Assembly: GCF_965641715.1 (NCBI RefSeq)
Contig: NZ_OZ282453.1
DNA from: Escherichia coli
Lineage (GTDB): Bacteria > Pseudomonadota > Gammaproteobacteria > Enterobacterales > Enterobacteriaceae
Reading direction: 5' to 3' (one strand)
Length of the DNA: 64,000 nucleotides
Part shown: piece after piece, positions 9,485 to 22,440 of the stretch
Layout: every line of letters starts with the position of its first letter
Numbering within the stretch: position 1 is the first letter of the stretch
Notes under the pieces: generated by a model
The model's database searches: none
Seen by the model: only the letters and a program-made list of their open reading frames with translations
Told to the model about the DNA's origin: nothing
Translations under genes and position numbers: made by a program

Positions 9485-10354
9485 TTATTTCAGAACAGTT
9501 TTCAGTGCTTCACCGATATCCGCCAGGCTGCGAACGGTTTTCACGCCTGCGGCTTCCAGAGCAGCGAATTTCTCATCCGCAGTCCCTTTCCCACCGGCAA
9601 TGATGGCACCCGCGTGGCCCATACGTTTGCCTTTCGGCGCAGTCACACCAGCGATGTAACCCACAACTGGCTTGGTAACGTGCTCTTTGATGTACGCAGC
9701 TGCTTCTTCTTCAGCGCTACCGCCGATCTCACCGATCATCACGATCGCTTCGGTCTGCGGATCTTTTTCGAACATTTCAAGAATGTCGATAAAGTTAGAG
9801 CCAGGGATCGGGTCACCGCCGATACCGACACAGGTCGACTGACCGAAACCGTAATCCGTGGTCTGTTTAACCGCTTCATAGGTCAGTGTACCGGAACGGG
9901 AAACGATACCCACTTTACCCGGTTTGTGAATGTGACCCGGCTGAATACCGATTTTGCATTCACCCGGAGTGATAACGCCTGGGCAGTTCGGGCCGATCAT
10001 ACGAACGCCTGCTTCATCCAGCTTCACTTTCACAGTCAGCATATCCAGCGTCGGGATGCCTTCAGTGATGGTGATAATCAGTTTGATGCCTGCGTCGATG
10101 GCTTCCAGAATGGAGTCTTTGCAGAACGGTGCTGGTACGTAGATAACAGAAGCGGTAGCGCCAGTAGCAGCAACAGCTTCACGCACGGTGTTGAACACCG
10201 GCAGGCCGAGGTGGGTAGTACCGCCTTTACCTGGAGTTACGCCACCAACCATTTTGGTGCCGTATGCAATGGCCTGTTCAGAGTGGAAAGTCCCCTGGCT
10301 ACCGGTAAAGCCCTGGCAGATAACCTTGGTGTTTTTATCAATTAAAATGGACAT
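9485..10354 (-). CDS. sucD: succinyl-CoA synthetase alpha subunit
   Basis: 289 aa, [24 protein letters not shown]…. Confidence 0.97.
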
Positions 10355-11520
10355 TATTTCCCCTCCACTGCGGCAACAACCTGCTGAGCTGCATCCGTCA
10401 GACCTTTTGCTGCAATAATATTCAGGCCGCTGTCAGCCAGTTTCTTCGCGCCGAGTTCGGCGTTGTTACCTTCCAGACGTACCACGACCGGTACGTTAAC
10501 ACCCACTTCCGCTACCGCGCCGATGATACCGTCAGCGATCAGGTCGCAACGAACGATACCGCCGAAGATGTTAACCAGAACGGCTTTCACTTTGTCGTCA
10601 GAGAGAATGATTTTGAACGCTTCGGTTACACGTTCTTTGGTTGCGCCGCCGCCAACGTCAAGGAAGTTAGCTGGTTCGCCGCCGTGCAGTTTAACGATGT
10701 CCATCGTACCCATCGCCAGACCTGCGCCGTTAACCATACAACCGATGTTACCGTCCAGCGCAACGTAGTTCAGTTCCCACTGTGCAGCCTGTGCTTCACG
10801 CGGATCTTCCTGCGACTGGTCACGCATTTCGCGCAGATCAGGCTGGCGGAACAGGGCGTTGCCATCAGCGCCCAGTTTGCCGTCGAGGCAAATCAGATCA
10901 CCCTGTTTGGTGATGACCAGCGGGTTGATTTCGATCAGCGCCAGATCGCGTTCCAGGAAAATGGTCGCCAGGCCCATGAAGATTTTGGTGAACTGCTGAA
11001 CCAGTTTACCTTCCAGACCCAGTTTGAACGCCAGCTCGCGTCCCTGATACGGCATCGGGCCAGTCAGTGGATCAAGCGCAACTTTGTGGATCAGATGCGG
11101 AGTTTCTTCCGCCACTTTTTCGATTTCCACGCCGCCTTCGGTGGAGGCCATAAAGACCACGCGACGGGAACTACGGTCTACAACGGCACCGAGGTACAGC
11201 TCTTTAGCGATATCGGTCGCTGCTTCAACCAGAATCTGGTTAACCGGTTGGCCATTAGCATCTGTTTGATACGTTACCAGACGCTTGCCGAGCCAGTTTT
11301 CTGCAAAAGCACGGATGTCTTCTTTGCTGTTTACAACTTTCACACCGCCCGCTTTACCGCGGCCACCAGCGTGAACCTGACATTTCACTACCCACGGACC
11401 GGCACCGATTTTTGAAGCGGCTTCTTCTGCTTCGCGCGGAGTAGTACAGGCATAACCCACCGGTGCTGGTAAGCCATAGCGGGCAAACAGTTGTTTTGCC
11501 TGATATTCATGTAAGTTCAT
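10354..11520 (-). CDS. sucC: succinyl-CoA synthetase beta subunit
   Basis: 388 aa, [18 protein letters not shown]…; overlaps the sucD start by 1 nt. Confidence 0.97.
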
Positions 11521-11559
11521 GTGTTCTGTCCATCCTTCAGTAATCGTTATCTTTTAAAC

Positions 11560-11860
11560 CGTAGACCGAATATTTCGTATCGCTCCCGGGTATTGTCGGT
11601 CACCCGTAGGCCTGATAAGACGTGTAAGCGTCGCATCTGGCATCGCTTGTCGGATGCGGCGCGAGCGCCTTATCCGACCTACATCGGTGCTTCCCGTAGG
11701 CCTGATAAGACGTGTAAGCGTCGCATCAGACATCGCTTGTCGGATGCGGCGCGAGCGCCTTATCCGACCTACATTGGTGGTCCCGTAGGCCTGATAAGAC
11801 GCGTCAGCGTCGCATCAGGCTTCAATTGCCGGAGAAGGCGATAATGCCTTATCCGGTCTA
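11560..11860. repeat. BIME/REP array, three ~95-bp units
   Basis: Three near-identical units containing gcctgataagacg…gcgtcgcatc…cggatgcggcg…ccttatccgacctac palindromes in the sucB-sucC intergenic region. Confidence 0.85.
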
Positions 11861-11883
11861 CAGTGCAGGTGAAACTTAAACTA

Positions 11884-13101
11884 CTACACGTCCAGCAGCA
11901 GACGCGTCGGATCTTCCAGCAACTCTTTGATCGTTACCAGGAAGCCCACGGATTCGCGACCATCGATCAGACGGTGATCGTAGGACAGCGCCAGGTACAT
12001 CATCGGCAGGATCTCAACCTGACCATTCACAGCCATCGGACGATCTTTGATAGCGTGCATACCCAGAATTGCGCTCTGCGGCGGGTTGATGATCGGCGTA
12101 GACATCAGGGAACCGAACACACCACCGTTGGTGATGGTGAAGTTACCACCGGTCAGATCTTCAACCGTCAGCTTGCCGTCACGGCCTTTAACTGCCAGCT
12201 CTTTGATTTTCTTCTCGATGTCTGCCATGCCGAGGGTATCGACATCACGCAGTACCGGCGTCACCAGGCCGCGCGGCGTAGAAACCGCCATGCTGACGTC
12301 GAAATAGTTGTGGTAAACCACGTCATCGCCGTCGATAGAAGCATTCACTTCCGGGTAACGTTTCAGGGCTTCAACCACCGCTTTCACGTAGAAGGACATA
12401 AAGCCCAGACGGATGCCGTGGCGTTTTTCAAACGCTTCACCGTACTGCTTACGCAGATCCATAATCGGCTTCATGTTGACTTCGTTGAACGTGGTCAGCA
12501 TGGCGGTGGAGTTTTTCGCTTCCAGCAGACGCTCTGCCACACGCTTACGCAGGCGAGTCATCGGGACACGTTTTTCACTACGTGCAGCCAGAGCCGGTTG
12601 CGCCGCCGGAGCAGCCGCTGCCGGTGCAGACTCTTTCGCCGGGGATTTCGCCAGATGTTTTTCCACATCTTCACGGGTCAGACGACCACCCACACCGGTG
12701 CCTTTAATGGCGCTGGCGTCGAGGTTATGTTCAGCCAGCAAGCGACGGATCGCCGGGCTTAACGCATCGTTGTTTTGCTCTTCCAGAGACGCCTGCTGGC
12801 GTTGCGCCGGAGTGGACGCTTTCTCTTCAGATTTGGCGCTGGTTTCTTTACCGGCGCTGTTGCCTTCACGCAGGCGACCAAGGATCTGACGAGACGTTAC
12901 CGTTGTACCTTCATCTTTCAGAACCGCATCCAGAATGCCGTCTGCTGATGCCGGTACTTCCAGTACCACTTTGTCAGTTTCGATTTCTACCAGCACTTCA
13001 TCACGTACGACTGCGTCGCCGGGTTTTTTATGCCAGGTTGCGACGGTGGCATCGGCTACGGATTCAGGCAGGTCAGGGACCAGAATATCTACGCTACTCA
13101 T
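11884..13101 (-). CDS. sucB: 2-oxoglutarate dehydrogenase E2 (dihydrolipoyl succinyltransferase)
   Basis: 405 aa, [26 protein letters not shown]…. Confidence 0.97.
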   Translation of the reverse strand: MSSVDILVPDLPESVADATVATWHKKPGDAVVRDEVLVEIETDKVVLEVPASADGILDAVLKDEGTTVTSRQILGRLREGNSAGKETSAKSEEKASTPAQRQQASLEEQNNDALSPAIRRLLAEHNLDASAIKGTGVGGRLTREDVEKHLAKSPAKESAPAAAAPAAQPALAARSEKRVPMTRLRKRVAERLLEAKNSTAMLTTFNEVNMKPIMDLRKQYGEAFEKRHGIRLGFMSFYVKAVVEALKRYPEVNASIDGDDVVYHNYFDVSMAVSTPRGLVTPVLRDVDTLGMADIEKKIKELAVKGRDGKLTVEDLTGGNFTITNGGVFGSLMSTPIINPPQSAILGMHAIKDRPMAVNGQVEILPMMYLALSYDHRLIDGRESVGFLVTIKELLEDPTRLLLDV

Positions 13102-13115
13102 TGTGTATCCTTTAT

Positions 13116-15917
13116 TTATTCGACGTTCAGCGCGTCATTAACCAGATCTTGTTGCTGTTTCTGGTGAACGGACATATACCCTACCGCCGGAGAGGCGGAG
13201 GCCGGGCGGCCTGCATAACGCAGAGAAGCCCCAAACGGAATCACTTCACGGAAATGATGCTGGCTGCAGTACCATGCGCCCTGGTTGAGCGGCTCTTCCT
13301 GGCACCAGACAAAATCCTTGACGTGAGCAAACTGCTGCAACACTTCCTGCATCGCTTTATGCGGGAACGGGTAGAGTTGCTCGATACGCACAATGGCGAC
13401 ATCGTGTTGATTGTTCTTACGACGTTGTTCCAGCAGGTCGTAATAAACCTTACCAGAACACATCACTACGCGCTTCACGCCCTTCGGATCAAGCTCGTCG
13501 ATTTCACCGATGGCTGGCAGGAAGGTGCCGTTCGCCAGTTCTTCGAGGCTGGAAACCGCCAGCGGATGACGCAGCAGGGATTTCGGCGACATCACGACCA
13601 GCGGACGACGCATCCCGCGCAGCGCCTGACGACGCAGCATGTGGTAAACCTGTGCCGGGGTAGACGGTACGCACACCTGCATGTTTTGCTCAGCACAAAG
13701 TTGCAGATAACGTTCCAGACGCGCGGAGGAGTGCTCCGGCCCCTGCCCTTCGTAACCGTGCGGCAGCAACATCACCAGACCACACATCCGGCCCCATTTC
13801 TGTTCGCCAGAGGAGATGAACTGGTCGATAACCACCTGCGCACCGTTGGCGAAGTCACCGAACTGCGCTTCCCAGATGGTCAGAGTGCGTGGTTCTGCGG
13901 TGGCATAACCGTATTCAAACGCCAGCACGGCTTCTTCAGACAGTACGGAGTCCCAGACGCGGAACGCGCCCTGCCCGTTATGGATGTGTTGCAGCGGCGT
14001 GTAAGTGGAACCGTTAGACTGGTTGTGGATCACCGCGTGGCGGTGGAAGAAGGTACCGCGACCGGAGTCTTCACCCGACAGGCGAACCGGAATGCCTTCG
14101 TCAACCAGCGTGGCGTAAGCGAGGTTTTCCGCGCCGCCCCAGTCGAACAGTTTCTCACCGGCAGCCATCGCCTGGCGATCGCCATAAATCTTGGCAACGC
14201 GAGACTGCATTTCAACCGCTTCCGGCACCGTACTGATGCGTTTAGCCAGTTCCTGCAGGCGCTTCATCTCAACTTTGTTCGGGTACTCTTCGTCCCATTC
14301 GTGGTTGAGATACGGCGACCAGGTGAAAGAGTGCATGTTCATCGGACGCCACTCTGCCACTACGCAATCGCCAGCATCCAGCGCATCGCGGTACAGGTTA
14401 ACCATCTCGGTGGCATCTTCCAGCGTCGCCACTTTTTCCTGCTCCAGCTTGTCAGCGTAGATTTTGCGCGGTGTCGGATGTTTTTTGATTTTCTGATACA
14501 TCAGCGGCTGGGTTGCGCTCGGCTCGTCGGCTTCGTTGTGGCCGTGACGGCGGTAGCACACCAGGTCGATGAAGACATCACGTTTAAAGGTGTTACGGAA
14601 ATCGAGCGCCAGACGGGTCACAAAGGCAACGGCTTCCGGATCATCCGCGTTAACGTGGAAAATCGGTGCCTGAACCATCTTACCGATATCAGTACAGTAC
14701 GGTGTAGAACGAGCATCCAGCGGATTAGAGGTGGTGAAACCAACCTGGTTGTTGATAACGATACGTACCGTACCGCCAACTTCATAACCACGCGCTTTCG
14801 ACATGTTCAGAGTTTCCTGAACCACGCCCTGCCCGGTCACTGCGGCGTCACCGTGGATGGTGATTGGCAGCACTTTGTTGCTGCTCGGCTCATCAAGTCT
14901 GTCCAGACGGGCACGAACAGAACCGATAACTACCGGGCTTACAATCTCAAGGTGAGACGGGTTAAACGCCAGCGCCAGGTGCACCAGGCCGCCATCGGTC
15001 TGGAAGTCAGACGAGAAGCCCATGTGGTATTTCACGTCACCCGTGCCGAGGTGTTCTTTATGTTTACCGGCAAACTCGTCGAACAAGTCTTGCGGTTTTT
15101 TACCCAGCACGTTCACCAGCACATTCAGACGACCACGGTGCGCCATCCCGAGAACCACTTCGCGGGTGCCGCTGTTGCCGGCATGGCGGATCATCTCTTT
15201 AAGCATCGGGATTAACGCGTCACCGCCTTCCAGCGAGAAGCGTTTTGCGCCAGGGAATTTTGCACCAAGGTAACGTTCAAGGCCTTCAGCGGCGGTCAGT
15301 TCGCTTAAGAAGCGTTTTTTCTCTTCGCTATTGAAAGTCGCGCGACCAGACTCGATACGCTGTTGGATCCAGCGTTTTTCTTCGGTGCTGGTAATGTGCA
15401 TATACTCGGCGCCAATCGGGCCGCAGTAGGTTTGCTTGAGAGCTTCCAGCAGGTCGCCAAGTTTCATGGTTTCTTTGCCGCTGGCAAATGAACCGACGTT
15501 GAAGGTCTCCTGGAAGTCTGCTTCGGTCAGATCGTGGAAAGACGGATCCAGATCGGCCACTTTATCTTGCTGCCACAGTCCCAGCGGATCGAGATTCGCA
15601 TGCTGGTGACCACGGAAGCGGTATGCGTTAATGAGCTGCAGGACTTTTACCTGCTTCACATTGGTGTCAGGGTCGGAGATCGTTGAAGAGTAACGTGAAG
15701 CGTCTTTCGCCAGGCGGCGGAAATATTCACGCGTTTGAGAGTGGAATTGATCCGGTTTGACTCCCGTACCAGGTAACTGCTGGAACGTCGAACGCCAGTT
15801 AGCGTCAACCGAGTCAGGATCGGTTAAGAAGTCTTCATAGAGCTGTTCTATCCAGCTCTGGTTTGCGCCAGAGAGGTAAGAAGAGTCCAACCAGGCTTTC
15901 AAAGCGCTGTTCTGCAT
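13116..15917 (-). CDS. sucA: 2-oxoglutarate dehydrogenase E1 component
   Basis: 933 aa, [31 protein letters not shown]…. Confidence 0.97.
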   Translation of the reverse strand: MQNSALKAWLDSSYLSGANQSWIEQLYEDFLTDPDSVDANWRSTFQQLPGTGVKPDQFHSQTREYFRRLAKDASRYSSTISDPDTNVKQVKVLQLINAYRFRGHQHANLDPLGLWQQDKVADLDPSFHDLTEADFQETFNVGSFASGKETMKLGDLLEALKQTYCGPIGAEYMHITSTEEKRWIQQRIESGRATFNSEEKKRFLSELTAAEGLERYLGAKFPGAKRFSLEGGDALIPMLKEMIRHAGNSGTREVVLGMAHRGRLNVLVNVLGKKPQDLFDEFAGKHKEHLGTGDVKYHMGFSSDFQTDGGLVHLALAFNPSHLEIVSPVVIGSVRARLDRLDEPSSNKVLPITIHGDAAVTGQGVVQETLNMSKARGYEVGGTVRIVINNQVGFTTSNPLDARSTPYCTDIGKMVQAPIFHVNADDPEAVAFVTRLALDFRNTFKRDVFIDLVCYRRHGHNEADEPSATQPLMYQKIKKHPTPRKIYADKLEQEKVATLEDATEMVNLYRDALDAGDCVVAEWRPMNMHSFTWSPYLNHEWDEEYPNKVEMKRLQELAKRISTVPEAVEMQSRVAKIYGDRQAMAAGEKLFDWGGAENLAYATLVDEGIPVRLSGEDSGRGTFFHRHAVIHNQSNGSTYTPLQHIHNGQGAFRVWDSVLSEEAVLAFEYGYATAEPRTLTIWEAQFGDFANGAQVVIDQFISSGEQKWGRMCGLVMLLPHGYEGQGPEHSSARLERYLQLCAEQNMQVCVPSTPAQVYHMLRRQALRGMRRPLVVMSPKSLLRHPLAVSSLEELANGTFLPAIGEIDELDPKGVKRVVMCSGKVYYDLLEQRRKNNQHDVAIVRIEQLYPFPHKAMQEVLQQFAHVKDFVWCQEEPLNQGAWYCSQHHFREVIPFGASLRYAGRPASASPAVGYMSVHQKQQQDLVNDALNVE

Positions 15918-16094
15918 CGTGATCCCTTAAGCATCTTTTTTATGCTTACTTCGCCGTGGATACTACCACGCACAGTGATGTGCGTGCCGGGGTTCACTTG
16001 CGAGCTCTTGTCTACGTAGTGGCTCGCGAAGGAACCTTTAAAAACTGTCTTAGTGTCAGGGGCAGTTTTTAAAGATTTCCTGCATTTCTTTGTT

Positions 16095-16217
16095 ACGCCT
16101 GATGCGCTGCGCTTATCAGGCCTACGGGTAATGACTTGTAGGCCGGATAAGGCGTTCACGCCGCATCCGGCACTGGTTGCCTGATGCGACGCTTGCGCGT
16201 CTTATCAGGCCTACGGT
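16095..16217. repeat. REP elements in the sdhB-sucA intergenic region
   Basis: gcctgatgcg…cttatcaggcctac and gccggataaggcg…gcatccggc palindromes. Confidence 0.8.
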
Positions 16218-16934
16218 TTACGCATTACGTTGCAACAACATCGACTTGATATGGCCGATGGCGCGCGTCGGGTTCAGCCCCTTCGGACATACACTGACGC
16301 AGTTCATGATGCTGTGACAGCGGAATACACTGAATGCATCGCTCAAACCGTCGAGGCGGCTGTCAGTCTCGGTATCACGGCTATCGATCAGGAAACGATA
16401 TGCCGCTAACAAGCCTGCCGGGCCGATAAACTTATCGGGATTCCACCAGAAAGACGGACAAGAGGTTGAACAACATGCGCAGAGAATACATTCATACAGC
16501 CCGTCGAGTTTTTCGCGCTGCTCTGGCATCTGTAAATGCTCGCGAGCTGGCGGATTTTGTTCATTATTCAACAGGTAAGGCTTAATTTTCTCATATTGCG
16601 CATAGAATTGTCCCATGTCTACCACCAAATCGCGGATCACCGGTAAACCTGGCAGAGGGCGAATCACAATCTTCTTGCCCGGCTGGTTGAGTGCCGAAAT
16701 CGGGGTAATACAGGCCAGACCATTCTTGCCGTTCATGTTCAGACCGTCGGAACCGCACACACCTTCACGACAGGAGCGACGGAACGACAGGCTGGGATCT
16801 TTCTCTTTCAGCTGGATAAGCGCATCCAGCAGCATCATGTCGCGACCTTCATCCGCTTCCAGGGTGTAATCCTGCATACGCGGAGCATCATCAACATCCG
16901 GGTTATAGCGATAAATTGAAAACTCGAGTCTCAT
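16218..16934 (-). CDS. sdhB: succinate dehydrogenase iron-sulfur subunit
   Basis: 238 aa, MRLEFSIYRYNPDVDD…. Confidence 0.97.
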   Translation of the reverse strand: MRLEFSIYRYNPDVDDAPRMQDYTLEADEGRDMMLLDALIQLKEKDPSLSFRRSCREGVCGSDGLNMNGKNGLACITPISALNQPGKKIVIRPLPGLPVIRDLVVDMGQFYAQYEKIKPYLLNNEQNPPAREHLQMPEQREKLDGLYECILCACCSTSCPSFWWNPDKFIGPAGLLAAYRFLIDSRDTETDSRLDGLSDAFSVFRCHSIMNCVSVCPKGLNPTRAIGHIKSMLLQRNA

Positions 16935-16949
16935 TTTCCTGTCTCCGCA

Positions 16950-18716
16950 TTAGTAAGTACGAATCTTCGGCGGGAATGCCGGGCGCAGTTTCGGTTCCAT
17001 GTTGACGCTTCGGCGCGTCATGGATTCCGACTCTGGCAGATACAGGGAGTGGCACAGCCAGTTTTCATCATCACGATCCGGGAAGTCGAAGCGGCTATGC
17101 GCGCCACGGCTTTCGGTACGGAAGTTGGCAGAAACAGCCGTTGCATACGCCGTTTCCATCAGGTTATCCAGTTCCAGGCACTCAACGCGCTGGGTGTTGA
17201 ACTCGCTGGAAGTGTCATCCAGACGGGCATTTTTCAGACGCTCGCGGATAACTTTCAACTGCTCAAGCCCTTTCGCCATCGCATCACCTTCACGGAAGAC
17301 CGAGAAGTTATGCTGCATACATTCTTGCAGCGCTTTACGAATCGCCACCGGATCTTCACCGTTACGATTATTGTTCCAGCGGTTCAGACGATCCAGAGAC
17401 GCTTCAACATCAGACTCGCTGGCATCGCGCAGTGCACCCTGCTCGGCGATAGACTCTTGCAGATGCAGACCTGCCGCACGACCAAAGACCACCAGGTCCA
17501 GCAGCGAGTTGCCGCCCAGACGGTTAGCACCGTGTACCGATACGCAGGCAATTTCACCTACCGCGAACAGCCCCGGAACAACCACATCTTCGCCTTTCTC
17601 ATTCACAGTCAGCGCCTGACCGGTCACTTTGGTCGGAATACCGCCCATCATGTAGTGACAGGTTGGGATAACCGGAATCGGCTCTTTCACCGGATCAACA
17701 TGAGCGAAGGTACGGGAAAGCTCCAGGATACCCGGCAGACGGGATTCGAGAACTTCTTTACCCAGGTGATCGAGTTTCAGTTTCGCGTGTGGCCCCCACG
17801 GACCATCACAGCCGCGACCTTCACGGATTTCGATCATGATGGAACGCGCCACCACATCACGGCCCGCCAGGTCTTTGGCGTTCGGCGCATAACGCTCCAT
17901 AAAGCGTTCGCCATGTTTGTTCAGCAGATAACCGCCTTCACCACGGCAACCTTCGGTGACCAGTACACCCGCACCGGCAATGCCGGTCGGGTGGAATTGC
18001 CACATTTCCATATCCTGCACCGGTACGCCTGCGCGGATAGCCATGCCGACGCCGTCGCCGGTGTTAATGTGGGCGTTAGTGGTAGACTGATAAATACGCC
18101 CTGCTCCGCCAGTCGCCAGCACGGTAGCGCGGGCTTTAAAATAAACCACTTCACCGGTTTCGATGCACAGTGCGGTACAACCCACCACCGCACCATCCTG
18201 GTTTTTCACCAGATCCAGCGCATACCACTCGGAGAAAATGGTGGTGTGGTTTTTCAGGTTCTGCTGATAAAGCGTGTGCAACAGTGCGTGACCGGTACGG
18301 TCAGCAGCCGCCGCGGTACGTGCCGCCTGCTCGCCGCCGAAGTTTTTCGACTGACCGCCAAACGGACGTTGATAGATACGACCATCATCGAGACGCGAGA
18401 ACGGCAGGCCCATGTGTTCGAGTTCCAGAATCGCTTCCGGCCCGGTTTTACACATATATTCAATCGCGTCCTGGTCACCGATATAGTCCGACCCTTTTAC
18501 GGTGTCGTACATATGCCATTCCCAGTTATCTTCATGGGTATTACCCAGCGCAACGGTAATGCCGCCTTGCGCAGAAACGGTATGGGAACGGGTCGGGAAG
18601 ACTTTAGAGAGCAGCGCACAGGTCTGGCCGCTCTGGGAAATTTGCAGCGCCGCGCGCATACCTGCGCCGCCGGCACCAATCACAACTGCATCAAATTCTC
18701 TGACTGGCAATTTCAT
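16950..18716 (-). CDS. sdhA: succinate dehydrogenase flavoprotein subunit
   Basis: Canonical start [19 protein letters not shown] taken; the ORF track adds four upstream codons. Confidence 0.95.
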   Translation of the reverse strand: MKLPVREFDAVVIGAGGAGMRAALQISQSGQTCALLSKVFPTRSHTVSAQGGITVALGNTHEDNWEWHMYDTVKGSDYIGDQDAIEYMCKTGPEAILELEHMGLPFSRLDDGRIYQRPFGGQSKNFGGEQAARTAAAADRTGHALLHTLYQQNLKNHTTIFSEWYALDLVKNQDGAVVGCTALCIETGEVVYFKARATVLATGGAGRIYQSTTNAHINTGDGVGMAIRAGVPVQDMEMWQFHPTGIAGAGVLVTEGCRGEGGYLLNKHGERFMERYAPNAKDLAGRDVVARSIMIEIREGRGCDGPWGPHAKLKLDHLGKEVLESRLPGILELSRTFAHVDPVKEPIPVIPTCHYMMGGIPTKVTGQALTVNEKGEDVVVPGLFAVGEIACVSVHGANRLGGNSLLDLVVFGRAAGLHLQESIAEQGALRDASESDVEASLDRLNRWNNNRNGEDPVAIRKALQECMQHNFSVFREGDAMAKGLEQLKVIRERLKNARLDDTSSEFNTQRVECLELDNLMETAYATAVSANFRTESRGAHSRFDFPDRDDENWLCHSLYLPESESMTRRSVNMEPKLRPAFPPKIRTY

Positions 18717-19063
18717 CACACACCCCACACCACAACGAATCCATAAATCACGTAAACCACCAGTGCAACGACAATCACCAGTTGCAGCATCAGGCGCAAA
18801 GCCAGCGGTTTAACGTAGTCGGTCAACACCTGCCACATGCCGATCCAGGCATGGATCAAGATAGAAAACAGCGCCAGCAGGGTGAACACTTTGGTGAACG
18901 CAGAGGCGAAGAAACCGATCCAGACTTCATATGTCAGCTCGCCACTGGTGGCGAAAAAACCGACCATATAAATGATGTAGAGCGTCAGGACGATAGCGGT
19001 AGCGCGAACGAGGATGAAATCATGTACGCCATTGCGTCCTAATGCGGAGGCGTTGCTTACCAT
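18716..19063 (-). CDS. sdhD: succinate dehydrogenase membrane anchor subunit
   Basis: 115 aa, [21 protein letters not shown]…. Confidence 0.95.
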
Positions 19064-19446
19064 ACGAGGACTCCTGCGAGAAGTGAAAGCACGACAGTAA
19101 TAACAAAGGAGATTTTGGCGGAGCGTTTACCCGCTTCGAATGTTTCTTCCAGATAGCCAAAATCCATCATCATGTGGCGAATACCTACGACGACGTGATA
19201 CGCCAGAGCGGTAAGGATGCCCCACATGATAAATTTGACGAAGAAGCTGCCCATAATCGCGGAAGCTTGCTCGAAACCTTCAGGGGAAGAGAGGCTGGTA
19301 CCCAGAAGCCACAGCAGGATACCCACTGCAACAAAGGTGATCACACCGGAAACGCGATGGAGAATGGACGCTATCGCCGTGATGGGGAACCGGATGGTCT
19401 GTAGGTCCAGATTAACAGGTCTTTGTTTTTTCACATTTCTTATCAT
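19057..19446 (-). CDS. sdhC: succinate dehydrogenase cytochrome b556 subunit
   Basis: 129 aa from [16 protein letters not shown]…; the ORF track's upstream ATG is rejected. Confidence 0.93.
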
Positions 19447-20154
19447 GAATAACGCCCACATGCTGTTCTTATTATTCCCTGGGGACTACGGGCACAGAGG
19501 TTAACTTTCTGTTACCTGGAGACGTCGGGATTTCCTTCCTCCGGTCTGCTTGCGGGTCAGACAGCGTCCTTTCTATAACTGCGCGTCATGCAAAACATTG
19601 CTTCCAGATGCGAAAACGACACGTTACAACGCTGGGTGGCTCGGGATTGCAGGGTGTTCCGGAGACCTGGCGGCAGTATAGGCCGTTCACAAAATCATTA
19701 CAATTAACCTACATATAGTTTGTCGGGTTTTATCCTGAACAGTGATCCAGGTCACGATAACAACATTTATTTAATTTTTAATCATCTAATTTGACAATCA
19801 TTCAACAAAGTTGTTACAAACATTACCAGGAAAAGCATATAATGCGTAAAAGTTATGAAGTCGGTATTTCACCTAAGATTAACTTATGTAACAGTGTGGA
19901 AGTATTGACCAATTCATTCGGGACAGTTATTAGTGGTAGACAAGTTTAATAATTCGGATTGCTAAGTACTTGATTCGCCATTTATTCGTCATCAATGGAT
20001 CCTTTACCTGCAAGCGCCCAGAGCTCTGTACCCAGGTTTTCCCCTCTTTCACAGAGCGGCGAGCCAAATAACAAACGGGTAAAGCCAGGTTGATGTGCGA
20101 AGGCAAATTTAAGTTCCGGCAGTCTTACGCAATAAGGCGCTAAGGAGACCTTAA
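19447..20154. promoter_or_regulatory. divergent gltA / sdhCDAB-sucABCD promoter-operator region
   Basis: About 700 bp AT-rich intergenic region between divergently transcribed gltA and sdhC; known in E. coli as a multi-regulator control region. Confidence 0.7.
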
Positions 20155-21438
20155 ATGGCTGATACAAAAGCAAAACTCACCCTCAACGGGGACACAGCTG
20201 TTGAACTGGATGTGCTGAAAGGCACGCTGGGTCAAGATGTTATTGATATCCGTACTCTCGGTTCAAAAGGTGTGTTCACCTTTGACCCAGGCTTCACTTC
20301 AACCGCATCCTGCGAATCTAAAATTACTTTTATTGATGGTGATGAAGGTATTTTGCTGCACCGCGGTTTCCCGATCGATCAGCTGGCGACCGATTCTAAC
20401 TACCTGGAAGTTTGTTACATCCTGCTGAATGGTGAAAAACCGACTCAGGAACAGTATGACGAATTTAAAACTACGGTGACCCGTCATACCATGATCCACG
20501 AGCAGATTACCCGTCTGTTCCACGCTTTCCGTCGCGACTCACATCCAATGGCAGTCATGTGTGGTATTACCGGCGCGCTGGCGGCGTTCTATCACGACTC
20601 GCTGGATGTTAACAATCCTCGTCATCGTGAAATTGCCGCGTTCCGCCTGCTGTCGAAAATGCCGACCATGGCAGCGATGTGTTACAAGTATTCCATTGGT
20701 CAGCCATTTGTTTATCCGCGCAACGATCTCTCCTATGCCGGTAACTTCCTGAATATGATGTTCTCCACGCCGTGCGAACCGTATGAAGTTAATCCGATTC
20801 TGGAACGTGCTATGGACCGTATTCTGATCCTGCACGCTGACCATGAACAGAACGCCTCTACCTCCACCGTGCGTACCGCTGGCTCTTCGGGTGCGAACCC
20901 GTTTGCCTGTATCGCAGCAGGTATTGCTTCACTGTGGGGACCTGCTCACGGTGGTGCTAACGAAGCGGCGCTGAAAATGCTGGAAGAAATTAGCTCCGTT
21001 AAACACATTCCGGAATTTGTTCGTCGTGCGAAAGATAAAAATGATTCTTTCCGCCTGATGGGCTTCGGTCACCGCGTGTACAAAAATTACGACCCGCGCG
21101 CCACCGTAATGCGTGAAACCTGCCATGAAGTTCTGAAAGAGCTGGGCACCAAAGATGACCTGCTGGAAGTGGCTATGGAGCTGGAAAACATCGCGCTGAA
21201 CGACCCGTACTTTATCGAGAAGAAACTGTACCCGAACGTCGATTTCTACTCTGGTATCATCCTGAAAGCGATGGGTATTCCGTCTTCCATGTTCACCGTC
21301 ATCTTCGCTATGGCCCGTACCGTTGGCTGGATCGCTCACTGGAGCGAAATGCACAGTGACGGCATGAAGATCGCCCGTCCGCGCCAGTTGTACACCGGCT
21401 ATGAAAAACGAGACTTTAAATCAGATGTTAAACATTAA
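20155..21438 (+). CDS. gltA: citrate synthase
   Basis: 427 aa, [47 protein letters not shown]…. Confidence 0.97.
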   Translation: MADTKAKLTLNGDTAVELDVLKGTLGQDVIDIRTLGSKGVFTFDPGFTSTASCESKITFIDGDEGILLHRGFPIDQLATDSNYLEVCYILLNGEKPTQEQYDEFKTTVTRHTMIHEQITRLFHAFRRDSHPMAVMCGITGALAAFYHDSLDVNNPRHREIAAFRLLSKMPTMAAMCYKYSIGQPFVYPRNDLSYAGNFLNMMFSTPCEPYEVNPILERAMDRILILHADHEQNASTSTVRTAGSSGANPFACIAAGIASLWGPAHGGANEAALKMLEEISSVKHIPEFVRRAKDKNDSFRLMGFGHRVYKNYDPRATVMRETCHEVLKELGTKDDLLEVAMELENIALNDPYFIEKKLYPNVDFYSGIILKAMGIPSSMFTVIFAMARTVGWIAHWSEMHSDGMKIARPRQLYTGYEKRDFKSDVKH

Positions 21439-21466
21439 TTATCTGATTTGAATCATATATCGTTTA

Positions 21467-21497
21467 GCCCGCCTGAATATCTGGCGGGCTTTTTTTT
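21467..21497 (+). terminator. gltA intrinsic terminator
   Basis: gcccgcc-tgaatatc-tggcgggc hairpin followed by TTTTTTTT. Confidence 0.8.
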
Positions 21498-21824
21498 GTT
21501 CGTTAGTTATGTCTATCGACAAAAAAACGTAATCGGACACAAATACATAATTACACGTTACAAGAATACATATCCGATAACTAAATAAAATCCTAATTTT
21601 TCATTCACCACCACCGTTATCCCGCCAATCGATGTAGAATACATTGGGTAGCACCCACAATTAAATAAACTCGTAATAGGATTAATTCACTTTATTTATG
21701 ATTCGAGAGCTTTGAGAAACTCTCAAACATAATGTAGCAACATTAATATTATTACATGAGCAAAAAACCACTATTCTGTCGGAATAATTAGTATACTTTA
21801 TCATAGCCCATGAAGGATTCATGT

Positions 21825-22391
21825 ATGTTTAAAGGACAAAAAACACTGGCCGCCCTGGCCATATCTCTACTATTCGCTTCACCTGTTTTTGCTGCAGATG
21901 AAGGATCTGGTGAAATCCACTTTAAAGGTGAAGTTATTGAAGCACCTTGTGAAATTCACCCTGATGACCTTGATATGAACATTGACCTGGGTGAAGTAAC
22001 CACATCCCACATAAATCGAGAACATCATAGCGAGAAAAAACCTGTCAATATTCGCTTAATCAACTGTGATATTGCAGGCTGGGATGATGGCAACGGTGGC
22101 GTGGTCTCAAAGGTAGGCGTGACCTTCGACAGCACGGCTAAAACGACAGGTGCAACGCCGCTCCTTAGTAACATCAGTGCTGGCGAGGCTACCGGCGTTG
22201 GCGTACGTCTCATGAACAAAGATGAATCATTTGTTGTATTGGGAACAGAAGCGCCAACAATTGACTTATTGGCAAGTTCAACAGAACAAACGTTAAACTT
22301 CTTTGCCTGGATGGAACAGATGGATAACGCAGTTTCGGTTACCGCGGGGGCCGTTACTGCTAACGCAACTTACGTTCTGGATTACCAATAA
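21825..22391 (+). CDS. ybgD: fimbrial major subunit (chaperone-usher fimbriae)
   Basis: Signal peptide MFKGQKTLAALAISLLFASPVFA; the ORF track starts 5 codons earlier at 21810. Confidence 0.85.
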   Translation: MFKGQKTLAALAISLLFASPVFAADEGSGEIHFKGEVIEAPCEIHPDDLDMNIDLGEVTTSHINREHHSEKKPVNIRLINCDIAGWDDGNGGVVSKVGVTFDSTAKTTGATPLLSNISAGEATGVGVRLMNKDESFVVLGTEAPTIDLLASSTEQTLNFFAWMEQMDNAVSVTAGAVTANATYVLDYQ

Positions 22392-22440
22392 TCCTTTTTA
22401 AGGCGGCTGATTAGCCGCCTTTTGCGAATATTGTTCAGGT

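Noticed and set aside
9195-9659. Small plus-strand ORFs of 61 and 81 aa near the sucD 3' end
   Set aside because: They overlap the sdhX/sucD 3' region and an intergenic remnant, and have no RBS or recognisable features.
11521-11844. 107-aa ORF spanning the sucB-sucC intergenic region
   Set aside because: It lies entirely within the BIME/REP array; the repetitive RRPDKTCKRR translation is produced by the repeats.
11560-11860. Possible CRISPR array suggested by regularly spaced repeats
   Set aside because: The units are imperfect palindromic REP/BIME elements with no unique spacers and no cas genes nearby.
12903-15215. 770-aa plus-strand ORF, and similar long ORFs at 17049-18746, 45611-46648, 11863-12762, 38838-39713 and 52976-53818
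   Set aside because: Each is entirely antisense to a well-supported core gene (sucA/sucB, sdhA, pgm, sucB, kdpB, glnS), has a low-complexity Arg/His-rich translation and no RBS; treated as codon-bias artefacts rather than genes.
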